Under the pieces are notes generated by a model. That model saw nothing but the letters and a program-made list of their open reading frames with translations, was not told where the DNA came from and searched no databases. Both the position numbers and the translations under genes were made by a program. A stretch of 64,000 bases of DNA from Paludibacteraceae bacterium. GTDB lineage: Bacteria > Bacteroidota > Bacteroidia > Bacteroidales > Paludibacteraceae. Positions 16,209 to 25,091 of this stretch are shown here, one piece after another. Positions within the stretch are counted from its first letter, which is position 1, and each line of letters begins with the position of its first letter. The stretch covers positions 13,490-77,489 of the forward strand of contig JAFTXV010000004.1 in NCBI GenBank assembly GCA_017461505.1, read 5' to 3'.

Positions 16209-18359
16209 ATGCGTAGATTAGTATCCATATTATTTTTCACACTCATGTGTGTGGCAGCATTCTCTCAAAACAATGCCGCCGACTCTCTTTTGGCCTTATC
16301 GCCTGATAGCCTCATCGCCCGTTATATAGACCTAGAGGAGTACACCATCACCGCCCGTGTCAAAGAAAAGGACATCATTATTCCTCAGACACTTTCGGGC
16401 GTACAACTCCAAAAGATGAATGCCCTCAGCGTAGCCGATGCCATCCGCTATTTCTCAGGCGTACAGATCAAAGACTATGGTGGTGTGGGCGGTATCAAAA
16501 CCGTCAATATCCGCAGCATGGGCACCAATCACATGGGCGTGTATTACAATGGTATTCAGCTCGGTAATGCACAAAACGGACAAATTGACCTCGGCAAGTA
16601 CTCTCTTGAGAATATCGAAGAGATCCAACTCTACAATGGTCAGAAATCCGATATTTGGCAGTCCGCCCGCGAGTTTGGTGCAGCAGGTAGCATCTACCTC
16701 ACCACCCGCCGTCCACGCTTCGCCGAAGGCAAGACTGTGAATGTCAAAGCACAAATGCGTGCAGGTAGTTTTGCCCTTATTGACCCCAGTTTATTGCTTG
16801 ATGTCAAACTCAGCGAAACGATGTCGCTGACCATGAACGCCGAACTCATCTCTTCCGATGGCAAGTATCCTTTCCGCTACCGCCGCGTCACTCCTTCGGG
16901 CGAAGTAGCATACGACACTACAGCCATCCGCCAGAACGGCGACATCAACGCTATTCGCGTGGAAGCCGCTGTCAATCACTACTATAGCAACACAGGCTTT
17001 TGGAAACTCCAACTCTATCACTACAACTCCGAGCGCGGTGTGCCGGGAGCCATTGTGAATAATGTGTGGCGTAATGGCGAACGCCTTTGGGACCGCAACT
17101 CCTTCCTTCAAGCCTCGTGGCAAGACGAACTCTTCAACCGTTGGTCGGTACGCGTAAATGCCAAGTACGCCAACGATTATACCCGTTATATCAACAACGA
17201 TGACAAACTCATCCATGTGGAGAACCAATACCTCCAGCAAGAGGCGTACTTCACCATGGCGCACAAAGTGCGTATCTTCGACTGGTGGGACGTCAGTGCG
17301 GCATACGATGTGCAGTACAACCAACTCAGCATGTTCCTTGACGCGCACCGTTGGACACATTGGCTCAGCGCTGCCACCGCTATCAACATAAAGAACTACC
17401 TGCGCCTGCAAGCCAGCGTATTAGGGACATTTGTCAATGATGCGCAATCAACCAACAACGGCGAAGCCCATCAACGCGAAGCCATTAACGCGAAGCCATC
17501 AACGCTTGCAGAGCAAGCCACTAACGCGAGCGCAGCGAGCATAAAATGGACCCCAGCCATGTTCCTCTCCTACCGCCCTACCCAACTAGTAGATTTGCGT
17601 CTAAACGCCTTTTACAAACAGAGTTACCGCTACCCAACCTTCAATGACCTCTACTATACCGACATGGGCAACGCTTATCTCAAACCCGAGTTAGCAAAGC
17701 AGCATAGTGTTGGATTGAGCTTTACACAACCTTTCCGTATTGCGGGGCAAAAGGGCTCGGAGTTCCGCCTCAATGCCGATTACTACTACAATCGCATATC
17801 CGATAAGATCATCGCTTACCCAAAAGGCCAGCAGTTCCGTTGGACAATGCTTAACCTCGGATTGGTCAAAATCAACGGTTTAGACCTCAATGCGCAACTG
17901 CATTTTGTCTTGCCGATGGACTTCTACCTCACAGCCAAAGCGCAATATACCTACCAAACGGCTATCGATGTCACCGACCCCAACGACACCTATTATGGCG
18001 ACCAGATTCCGTATATCCCATGGCATTCGGGTAGCGCAGTGGGTATGTTTGGTTGGCAAAACGACTGGCAGCAGTATGGCTTAAATTACAGCTTTATCTA
18101 TGTAGGAGAACGCTACAACCAACAGGAAAATATCATCTATAACTACACCCAACCTTGGTATACCCACGATTTGAGCGTATTTGGAGAATGGGATATATAT
18201 AAGGTTAAAGGCAAGAGGTTAGAGGTTAAAGGCAAAAGATTATTTACGCTCCGCGTAGCGCTCGACATCAACAACTTGCTGTCGCAAGATTACGATGTGA
18301 TTCTCAATTACCCTATGCCCAAACGCAACTACAAATGTACGGTAAGTATAACATATTAG
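16209..18359 (+). CDS. btuB: TonB-dependent receptor, BtuB-like corrinoid transporter
   Basis: 716 aa with signal peptide, plug domain and beta-barrel. It is controlled by the cobalamin riboswitch and followed by btuFCD-type genes. Confidence 0.88.
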   Translation: MRRLVSILFFTLMCVAAFSQNNAADSLLALSPDSLIARYIDLEEYTITARVKEKDIIIPQTLSGVQLQKMNALSVADAIRYFSGVQIKDYGGVGGIKTVNIRSMGTNHMGVYYNGIQLGNAQNGQIDLGKYSLENIEEIQLYNGQKSDIWQSAREFGAAGSIYLTTRRPRFAEGKTVNVKAQMRAGSFALIDPSLLLDVKLSETMSLTMNAELISSDGKYPFRYRRVTPSGEVAYDTTAIRQNGDINAIRVEAAVNHYYSNTGFWKLQLYHYNSERGVPGAIVNNVWRNGERLWDRNSFLQASWQDELFNRWSVRVNAKYANDYTRYINNDDKLIHVENQYLQQEAYFTMAHKVRIFDWWDVSAAYDVQYNQLSMFLDAHRWTHWLSAATAINIKNYLRLQASVLGTFVNDAQSTNNGEAHQREAINAKPSTLAEQATNASAASIKWTPAMFLSYRPTQLVDLRLNAFYKQSYRYPTFNDLYYTDMGNAYLKPELAKQHSVGLSFTQPFRIAGQKGSEFRLNADYYYNRISDKIIAYPKGQQFRWTMLNLGLVKINGLDLNAQLHFVLPMDFYLTAKAQYTYQTAIDVTDPNDTYYGDQIPYIPWHSGSAVGMFGWQNDWQQYGLNYSFIYVGERYNQQENIIYNYTQPWYTHDLSVFGEWDIYKVKGKRLEVKGKRLFTLRVALDINNLLSQDYDVILNYPMPKRNYKCTVSITY
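17461..17535. repeat. Degenerate 14-15 bp tandem repeat embedded in-frame in btuB
   Basis: The units read gcgaagcccatcaac, gcgaagccattaac and gcgaagccatcaac, followed by gcttgcagagcaagccactaac and gcgagcgcagcgagc. The period is not a multiple of 3. Confidence 0.85.
18204..18245. repeat. 21-bp tandem repeat x2 in-frame near the btuB 3' end
   Basis: The units read aggttaaaggcaagaggttag and aggttaaaggcaaaagattat. They encode KVKGKRL and EVKGKRL. Confidence 0.9.
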
Positions 18360-19519
18360 GTGATAAGGCTATAAGGCTATTGGGCTATTGGTTATTGGCT
18401 ATTGGCTTAATGAGCTGCCGTGGGGATGAGATTATCTTCCCTGCGGAGTATGAAGTTTTGCCGATGGAATCGAGAGAATTGAGCAGTTTTGCGCCCAACG
18501 AGCCCATAGGCATGTACCTGCTCAATGAAGGTAATATGGGTAGCAACAAAGCCACGATTGACTACCTCGATTTCAGCAAGGGCATATATATCCGCAATAT
18601 CTACGGCGAACGTAATCCCAATGTTATCAAAGAATTAGGTGATGTAGGCAACGATATCCAAGTCTATGGCAATCGCCTCTATGCCGTCATCAACTGCTCG
18701 CACAAAGTAGAAGTGATGGATGCCCATACCTGTCGCCGTATTGGTCAAGTAGATATCCCTAATTGTCGCTACATTTGTTTTCGTGGCAATAAGGCATATG
18801 TAAGTTCGTATGTTGGACCAGTGAGCATCGATCCGAATGCTCAGTTAGGTGCGATATTTGAGATTGATACTGCCACGTTGCAAATTACTCGCAAAGTGAC
18901 TGTGGGTTATCAACCTGAGGAATTGATCGTTAACAATGAGCATATTTATGTGGTAAATTCTGGTGGTTATAGGGCACCAGACTACGATTCTACCATGTCA
19001 ATCATTTCCCTCAAAGATTTCCGTCAAGTACAAAAAATACCCGTATGCCTCAATCCTCACCGCATGCGTCAAGACCAATATAGTCGGTTGTGGATTACAT
19101 CTCGCGGAGATTATAAAGATGTTCAACCTATACTTACATGCTTCTCACTCATATCCAAAGAAATATTGCCCATGGCTAAAGCACCAACTGTTTCAGAGAT
19201 GGTAATTTGTGGTGATAGTATGTATTTTTATGGAACACATTGGAGTGAACAAACTATGTCAAATCAAATAACATATGGCATTTTTGACATCCGAAAACAA
19301 ACACTCGTTTCCGAACATTTTATTACAGACGGAACGGAACAAGAGATTAAGATTCCATATGGTATACAAGTCAATCCTTATAATGGTGATATATATGTTA
19401 CAGATGCAAAAAACTATGTCTCAAGTGGTCAATTACATTGCTACTCGCGCGAAGGCAAACGCAAGTGGTCTGTGCGCACGGGTGATATCCCTGCTCATAT
19501 GTGCTTTGTCTATCGTTAG
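18335..19519 (+). CDS. btuG: YncE-like beta-propeller surface lipoprotein, BtuG-like (putative B12-capturing lid of BtuB)
   Basis: 394 aa. It has a lipobox (LMSC) and repeated YVxN/YVTD-type propeller blades (IYVVNSGG, IYVTDAKNY). It lies immediately after btuB in a riboswitch-controlled operon. The start is uncertain because the ORF overlaps btuB by 25 nt. Confidence 0.6.
   Translation: MYGKYNILGDKAIRLLGYWLLAIGLMSCRGDEIIFPAEYEVLPMESRELSSFAPNEPIGMYLLNEGNMGSNKATIDYLDFSKGIYIRNIYGERNPNVIKELGDVGNDIQVYGNRLYAVINCSHKVEVMDAHTCRRIGQVDIPNCRYICFRGNKAYVSSYVGPVSIDPNAQLGAIFEIDTATLQITRKVTVGYQPEELIVNNEHIYVVNSGGYRAPDYDSTMSIISLKDFRQVQKIPVCLNPHRMRQDQYSRLWITSRGDYKDVQPILTCFSLISKEILPMAKAPTVSEMVICGDSMYFYGTHWSEQTMSNQITYGIFDIRKQTLVSEHFITDGTEQEIKIPYGIQVNPYNGDIYVTDAKNYVSSGQLHCYSREGKRKWSVRTGDIPAHMCFVYR
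18363..18406. repeat. Degenerate 8-9 bp tandem repeat (AAGGCTAT / GGCTATTG) in the btuG-like signal-peptide region
   Basis: The sequence reads ataaggctataaggctattgggctattggttattggctattggc. Confidence 0.85.
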
Positions 19520-20711
19520 TTGCGAGCAACCCGAAACACCCATGGTAGGCCTTGGTATAGACGATACCTATACCATTGAACGCATGCGCACGCTTATCCT
19601 TCATCCTGAGTATGAGGGCGAGCACTATGCATGGCGAATGGGGGATAAGGTAATTAGTACCGGACGCGACCTAATTTTCTGTCAAGCAGAGGCAGGCACA
19701 TACTACCTACGCTTTGACCTCTATTCCTCGAAACTACAGCAAAGCGATCTACAGCCCCAAGGGCGATCTACAGGCGCAGCCGATCTACAAGGGCTTTGCC
19801 CGACTCTTTCACACCACTTTGTGGTGAAGGTTTTTGACGAAGAAGTGGCGTATTCACCGTATATTTCTAAGGTGCTGGAGTATAATCCTGCTCCGGGACA
19901 GTTTATCAATACCATGCCGCAGTACGAAGTGGGTGATACCTACGCCACCATGCTGCAAAAAGTCGAAGAATCCATTGCAGGCACTAACCGCAGCCTAATC
20001 TCGCTCGGTGGTTGGGGCGGATATGTAACTTTTGCTTTCGACCACTCCGTAGTGAATGCCCCTAATTTGCCCGATTTCACCGTAGAAGGCAACGCGTTCT
20101 ATGCTTCAGCAGGCAACCGCAACGGCAGTAGCGAACCAGGAATAGTGATGATCAGTATAGATGTGAATCAAAATGGTCTGCCCGATGACCCCTTCTATGA
20201 ACTCGCAGGTAGTGAATATACCAATCCTGCTACAATCCACCAATATGCTCTCACCTACCATCGTACACCTGCCGAGCATACACCACAAGCAGACACAAAA
20301 AACTCGCTCTCTGACACCACATATATACTATGGAAGAATAATCAAGGCGAGCAGGGGTATGTACACAAGAACACTTTCCATTCACAAGACTATTATCCTC
20401 TTTGGTTTACCGATTCTACGCTTACTTTCTATGGTACTCGCTTGCCAGACAATGCTGTGGACAAGAGCGGAAAAGGCAATATGTGGGTGCAAACAGCATA
20501 CGATTATGGCTATGCAGACAGCCATCCTAATGATACTATCAGCCGCTGTTCGTTTGACATCGCTTGGGCAGTTACCGCCGAAGGCGAGCCTGTTAACTTG
20601 CCATGTGCCGACTTCGTGCGTGTCTATACGGGTGTACACCAGCAGTGTGGGTGGATAGGCGAAATATCTACCGAAATCTCTCACGCCCGTGATTTAAATT
20701 TAGAAGAATAA
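19416..20711 (+). CDS. Cell-surface lipoprotein of the corrinoid uptake locus (function unknown; candidate accessory B12-binding protein)
   Basis: The ORF 19275-20711 is trimmed to the ATG at 19416, giving MSQVV...LICALSIVSC with a lipobox. Even so it overlaps the preceding gene by 104 nt in another frame. The start is uncertain. Confidence 0.55.
   Translation: MSQVVNYIATRAKANASGLCARVISLLICALSIVSCEQPETPMVGLGIDDTYTIERMRTLILHPEYEGEHYAWRMGDKVISTGRDLIFCQAEAGTYYLRFDLYSSKLQQSDLQPQGRSTGAADLQGLCPTLSHHFVVKVFDEEVAYSPYISKVLEYNPAPGQFINTMPQYEVGDTYATMLQKVEESIAGTNRSLISLGGWGGYVTFAFDHSVVNAPNLPDFTVEGNAFYASAGNRNGSSEPGIVMISIDVNQNGLPDDPFYELAGSEYTNPATIHQYALTYHRTPAEHTPQADTKNSLSDTTYILWKNNQGEQGYVHKNTFHSQDYYPLWFTDSTLTFYGTRLPDNAVDKSGKGNMWVQTAYDYGYADSHPNDTISRCSFDIAWAVTAEGEPVNLPCADFVRVYTGVHQQCGWIGEISTEISHARDLNLEE
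19745..19789. repeat. Three copies of CGATCTACA at 19- and 17-bp spacing inside the lipoprotein ORF
   Basis: The copies start at 19745, 19764 and 19781. The spacing is non-triplet, so this is a DNA-level repeat and not a peptide repeat. Confidence 0.85.
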
Positions 20712-20715
20712 CCCT

Positions 20716-21855
20716 ATGAAAAAGTCATACTTACATATGATAATAATATGTGCCACACTGTGGTGCATGTACGCTTGCGGTTCTTCGAGCAATATAGATG
20801 ATTATAATGTGGCAGTTTATACCCCCACTCACGCTACGGGCTTCCGCATTATGGGTGCAGAGGGCAAGCAGAGCACTATTATTAGTGTCACGAATCCCTG
20901 GCAAAGCGCCAACGATGTAGAGACAATGCTCTTTATCGCTCGTGGAGGCGAGAGAGCGCCCGATGGTTTCCGTGGTCAAGTGCTGCAAGGCAATGCCAAT
21001 CGTATCGTATGTATGTCATCCAGCCATATCGCCATGTTGGATGCCATCGGGGTTGTAGAAAGCGTTGTGGGTGTATCTGGCAAGGATTTTATCACCAATC
21101 CTTATATTGTAGCCAACCGCCATTCCATCGCCGATGTGGGATACGATGGCAACATCAATTTCGAACTCCTCGTCGCTCAGCGACCCGATATTGTGCTACT
21201 CTATGGTGTCACAGGCGCTTGCACCATGCAATCCAAACTTGATGAATTGGGCATTCCATATATCTATATTGGCGAGTATGTAGAACAAGACCCACTTGGC
21301 AAAACCGAATGGCTCGTTGCTCTTGCAGAGATAGTTGGCTTTCGTGAGCAAGGCATTGCCTATTTCTCTCAAGTTCCACAGCGCTACAATCACCTCAAGG
21401 CCATAGCTGCCACAGCCACATCGCCCCAACCCAAAGTGATGCTCAACACGCCCTATGCCGATTCGTGGTTCATGCCTTCTACTACCAGTTACCTTGCTCG
21501 CCTGATTGCTGATGCAGGAGGCGATTATATCTACAAGAAGAATACCTCCAACCACTCCCAACCTATTGACCTCGAGGAAGCCGCTCTGTTGACCACAGAG
21601 GCAGATGTATGGCTTCATGTGGAGAGCGTCAGTTCGTTGCAAGATCTTTGCAATCAATATCCTAAGTTCGCCAAAATGCCTTGTGTGCAACGCGGCGAAG
21701 TGTATAATTGCGACAAACGCAGGGTCGCTGGTGGAGGCAACGACTATTGGGAGTCGGGCGTAGTGCATCCAGATGTCATTTTGCGCGATTTAATCAAGAT
21801 TTTTCACCCCGAATTAGTATCCGAAGAATTTGTCTATTATCGACAAATAGAGTAA
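20716..21855 (+). CDS. btuF: ABC transporter periplasmic substrate-binding lipoprotein (BtuF/FhuD-type, cluster A)
   Basis: 379 aa. It has a lipobox (MYACG) and periplasmic-binding-protein type 2 sequence. It precedes FecCD-type permease and ATPase genes. Confidence 0.85.
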   Translation: MKKSYLHMIIICATLWCMYACGSSSNIDDYNVAVYTPTHATGFRIMGAEGKQSTIISVTNPWQSANDVETMLFIARGGERAPDGFRGQVLQGNANRIVCMSSSHIAMLDAIGVVESVVGVSGKDFITNPYIVANRHSIADVGYDGNINFELLVAQRPDIVLLYGVTGACTMQSKLDELGIPYIYIGEYVEQDPLGKTEWLVALAEIVGFREQGIAYFSQVPQRYNHLKAIAATATSPQPKVMLNTPYADSWFMPSTTSYLARLIADAGGDYIYKKNTSNHSQPIDLEEAALLTTEADVWLHVESVSSLQDLCNQYPKFAKMPCVQRGEVYNCDKRRVAGGGNDYWESGVVHPDVILRDLIKIFHPELVSEEFVYYRQIE

Positions 21856-21856
21856 T

Positions 21857-22861
21857 ATGAAATCCCGTTCTACCTCCTTATTCATCGCCCTATCTCTCCT
21901 GCTGGTCATTCTGTTTGTGCTTGACCTGCTTATCGGTTCTGTTCATATCCCGCTCCGTGATATTTTGGGTACACTATTTGGCGGAGATGTGGACGCTGCT
22001 ACGCGCCTCATCGTGCTAGATATTCGCCTCATCAAAGCCGTTGTAGCGGTCTTGGCAGGCGTAGCACTATCGGTCAGCGGTTTGCAGATGCAGACGCTCT
22101 TCCGCAACCCTTTGGCGGGACCCTATGTGTTGGGTATCAGTTCGGGTGCCAGTCTGGGCGTAGCTATCTTTATTTTGGGTATGCCATTGTTGGGAGTGGC
22201 TACCAACAGCGCCATCTCCTCCATCGGCACTGCTGGTGCAGCGTGGTTAGGCGCAGCATTGATTCTTGCTTTTATTGCCTCGGTCAGTACCCGAATCAAA
22301 GACATCATGGTCATCCTCATTCTGGGTATGATGATTTCTTCTGGTGTGAGTGCGGTGGTGCAGATACTGCAATATCTGAGCAACGAGGAAGCGCTCAAGT
22401 CCTTTGTTATCTGGACAATGGGCTCGTTGGGCGATGTCACGAGTAGCCAACTCATGCTGCTATTGCCTGCGGTATTGATAGGTTTGGTCGTTTCGGTGGC
22501 AGTTATCAAACCGCTAAACCTCCTCCTTCTCGGCGATCAATATGCCCGCACTATGGGACTGAATGTCCGCCGTTCGCGCTATCTGATATTCCTCTCCACC
22601 ACCCTGTTGGCGGGTACTGTGACTGCTTTTTGCGGTCCTATTGGCTTTGTGGGCTTGGCTATTCCGCATATTGCTCGCATGCTATTTTGCAATGCCGATC
22701 ATCGTATCCTACTGCCTGCCACTGCCTTGTGTGGAGCAGTGGTCTTACTCGGCTGCGATATTATCTCCAAATGGCTCACACTGCCTATCAATACGGTCAC
22801 TGCCTTGCTCGGCATTCCTGTTGTCATTTGGGTAGTCATACGCAACAAATCCATAGTATAA
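21857..22861 (+). CDS. btuC: FecCD/BtuC family ABC permease
   Basis: 334 aa and polytopic. The FecCD-family sequence includes LAGVALSVSGLQMQTLFRNPLAGPYVLGISSGA. Confidence 0.9.
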   Translation: MKSRSTSLFIALSLLLVILFVLDLLIGSVHIPLRDILGTLFGGDVDAATRLIVLDIRLIKAVVAVLAGVALSVSGLQMQTLFRNPLAGPYVLGISSGASLGVAIFILGMPLLGVATNSAISSIGTAGAAWLGAALILAFIASVSTRIKDIMVILILGMMISSGVSAVVQILQYLSNEEALKSFVIWTMGSLGDVTSSQLMLLLPAVLIGLVVSVAVIKPLNLLLLGDQYARTMGLNVRRSRYLIFLSTTLLAGTVTAFCGPIGFVGLAIPHIARMLFCNADHRILLPATALCGAVVLLGCDIISKWLTLPINTVTALLGIPVVIWVVIRNKSIV

Positions 22862-22871
22862 TCAAGCCTTT

Positions 22872-22895
22872 CGCCTCATCGCCTAATCGCCTCAT
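22872..22895. repeat. 8-bp tandem repeat x3 (CGCCTMAT) in the btuC-btuD spacer
   Basis: The units read cgcctcat, cgcctaat and cgcctcat. Confidence 0.85.
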
Positions 22896-22900
22896 AGAAT

Positions 22901-23620
22901 ATGATCCAACTCCAAAACATATCCCTCGGATACGACGCTCATCACCTGCTATTAGACAATGTATCCACCACTTTCACTTGTGGTACAACGACTGCGCTCA
23001 TTGGTCGCAATGGTACAGGCAAATCCACATTGCTGCGTGCTATCGTTGGTTCTGAACCGCTCAAGCATGGTTCTGTTCTTATCAACGGCATTGACATTCA
23101 GCAGATTACTCCTCAGCAACTTGCGCAACAGGTGGCTTTCGTGACTACCGAACGTATCCGCATCGCTAATCTCTCGTGCCGGGATGTGGTAGCTCTTGGC
23201 AGGGCACCCTACACCAATTGGATTGGTCGTATGCAACCCGAAGACGAGACCATTGTCATGCAGTCGCTTGAGAAAGTAGGCATGGCGTCTTATGCCTTCC
23301 GCACCATGGATAAGATGTCGGATGGCGAGTGTCAGCGCGTGATGATTGCCCGTGCTTTAGCGCAGCAAACGCCTATTATCTTACTCGACGAACCGACATC
23401 GTTTTTGGATATGCCTAACCGATATGACTTGTGCCGATTGCTTGCTGATTTGGCACATCAGGAAAACAAATGCATTATCTTCTCCACCCACGAACTAGAT
23501 ATTGCCCAGTCGCTCTGCGATACGATTGCGCTCATCGATTCGCCCACCATGCACCATCTCCCGACTCAAGAGATGATTAATAGTGGCTATATAGAACAAC
23601 TCTTTAAGATTACACATTGA
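22901..23620 (+). CDS. btuD: ABC transporter ATP-binding protein (BtuD/FepC-type)
   Basis: 239 aa. It has Walker A (GRNGTGKST), an ABC signature (MSDGECQ) and Walker B (ILLDEP). Confidence 0.9.
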   Translation: MIQLQNISLGYDAHHLLLDNVSTTFTCGTTTALIGRNGTGKSTLLRAIVGSEPLKHGSVLINGIDIQQITPQQLAQQVAFVTTERIRIANLSCRDVVALGRAPYTNWIGRMQPEDETIVMQSLEKVGMASYAFRTMDKMSDGECQRVMIARALAQQTPIILLDEPTSFLDMPNRYDLCRLLADLAHQENKCIIFSTHELDIAQSLCDTIALIDSPTMHHLPTQEMINSGYIEQLFKITH

Positions 23621-23671
23621 CTTACGGCACCCTATACTACCAAGCATTTTAAGTACAAAAGTAACAAAATA

Positions 23672-23703
23672 TTTGCATACATATCTTTTTTTTACTACCT
23701 TTG
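23672..23703 (+). promoter_or_regulatory. Promoter of the lipoprotein / AAE transporter / secreted protein unit
   Basis: TTTG at 23672-23675, a 20-nt spacer with T8 and TAccTTTG at 23696-23703. Confidence 0.8.
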
Positions 23704-23756
23704 CCGCCGAAAGAATATATTTTAGATTGAATTTTAATCATTTAAACAACAAAACA

Positions 23757-25091
23757 ATGAAAAAACATCTTTTCCCTCTTATTTTGTTGGCATGCAGTCT
23801 GGTTGCATGTGACAATGGCTTCAAAGTGGAATCAGGATTCACATTGGTTCCACTAGAGAGTCAAATAACTACCGTACAACCTATGACGGGCTTGGTTATG
23901 TGGACAACTCATTCACAACGTTTGAGATATGCTCCTGTCATTCAATTGGAATTTCAATACTGCCTACCTTGTCGTGTAGTAACGGGCAAAGCGGATGGAA
24001 AAATTCAATATGACTGGTCATATTTTGAGCAGATCCTAGACGATATGAAATCGCGAAACCACCAAGGTGTCATTCGCTTCCGATACGAGTACCCAGGCAA
24101 CACTTTAGTTGATGGAGAGCCTGGCAGCACCGCTGTTCCACAATATATCAAAGAGTTAGAAGACTACAACGAGACTTTCAAGAAAAACGAAGATGGCCCA
24201 ACCTACTATGCAGATTGGACTAACAAAGAGTTGCAGTGGTTCACCAAACAATTCTATACCGATTTTGCAGAACGCTACAACAACGACCCACGAATCGCTT
24301 TCTTAGAGTTAGGTTTTGGTCACTGGTCTGAGTATCATATTTATGGTACACCTCTGAAACTAGGTACTAATTTCCCATCACACGACTACCAAAAAGAGTT
24401 TTTAACGCATGTTGACCAAGTATTGGACATCCCATGGGCTATATCCATCGATGCTGCCGATAGTTATTATACTCCTATTGTTAAAGATGAGCAGTTGATG
24501 GCACTCAACTTTGGATTATTCGATGACTCATTTATGCACGAACACCACGAGATAGCTCAAGGTGATGGCTACAACGAAAGATGCTGGCAAGAGATTGGTC
24601 GCAATACGCGTTGGCATACAGGAGTATGCGGCGGAGAGATTAGCTATTATACCAACTACGACCAACGCAATTTCCTTGATACGGCAGGCATGTATGGATG
24701 GACTTGGGAAGAGGCAGCTGCTAAATATCATATTACGTTTATGATAGCTAACGATGCTACTGGCAGTATCCATGGTTCTACTGAGCGATTCCGAGAAGCA
24801 GGTATAGCATCTGGCTACAATTTCCAAGTAGTCAACTGCCGAACCAATGGAGAAGAAACACGTTTCACTGTAAATAATATTGGAGTTGCGCCTATCTATC
24901 GAGATGCATATTTCCAAATCAACGGAACACAATCCGAAGCATCATTGCGAGGATTATTACCTGGCAACTCATTGGATATCACAATACCTACAGGTTTGGC
25001 AAAAAAAGAAGAATTAACCATTGTTTCACCACATATCTTACCAACACAAAAGATCGAATACGAAGCAACTAGCAATGAATTGGTTAAATAG
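23757..25091 (+). CDS. Lipoprotein, putative glycoside-hydrolase-like TIM-barrel protein (DUF4832-like, tentative)
   Basis: The ORF is trimmed to MKKHLFPLILLACSLVAC (ATG at 23757, downstream of the promoter). The LELGFGHWSEYH segment resembles DUF4832-type proteins as I recall them. I could not run a search. Confidence 0.55.
   Translation: MKKHLFPLILLACSLVACDNGFKVESGFTLVPLESQITTVQPMTGLVMWTTHSQRLRYAPVIQLEFQYCLPCRVVTGKADGKIQYDWSYFEQILDDMKSRNHQGVIRFRYEYPGNTLVDGEPGSTAVPQYIKELEDYNETFKKNEDGPTYYADWTNKELQWFTKQFYTDFAERYNNDPRIAFLELGFGHWSEYHIYGTPLKLGTNFPSHDYQKEFLTHVDQVLDIPWAISIDAADSYYTPIVKDEQLMALNFGLFDDSFMHEHHEIAQGDGYNERCWQEIGRNTRWHTGVCGGEISYYTNYDQRNFLDTAGMYGWTWEEAAAKYHITFMIANDATGSIHGSTERFREAGIASGYNFQVVNCRTNGEETRFTVNNIGVAPIYRDAYFQINGTQSEASLRGLLPGNSLDITIPTGLAKKEELTIVSPHILPTQKIEYEATSNELVK

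Noticed and set aside
16791-17411. 206-aa minus-strand ORF inside btuB
   Set aside because: It is entirely antisense to a well-supported TonB-dependent receptor. It has no recognisable motifs and is a typical shadow ORF.
21196-21768. 190-aa minus-strand ORF inside btuF
   Set aside because: It is an antisense shadow ORF within the substrate-binding protein gene. It has no promoter or motifs.
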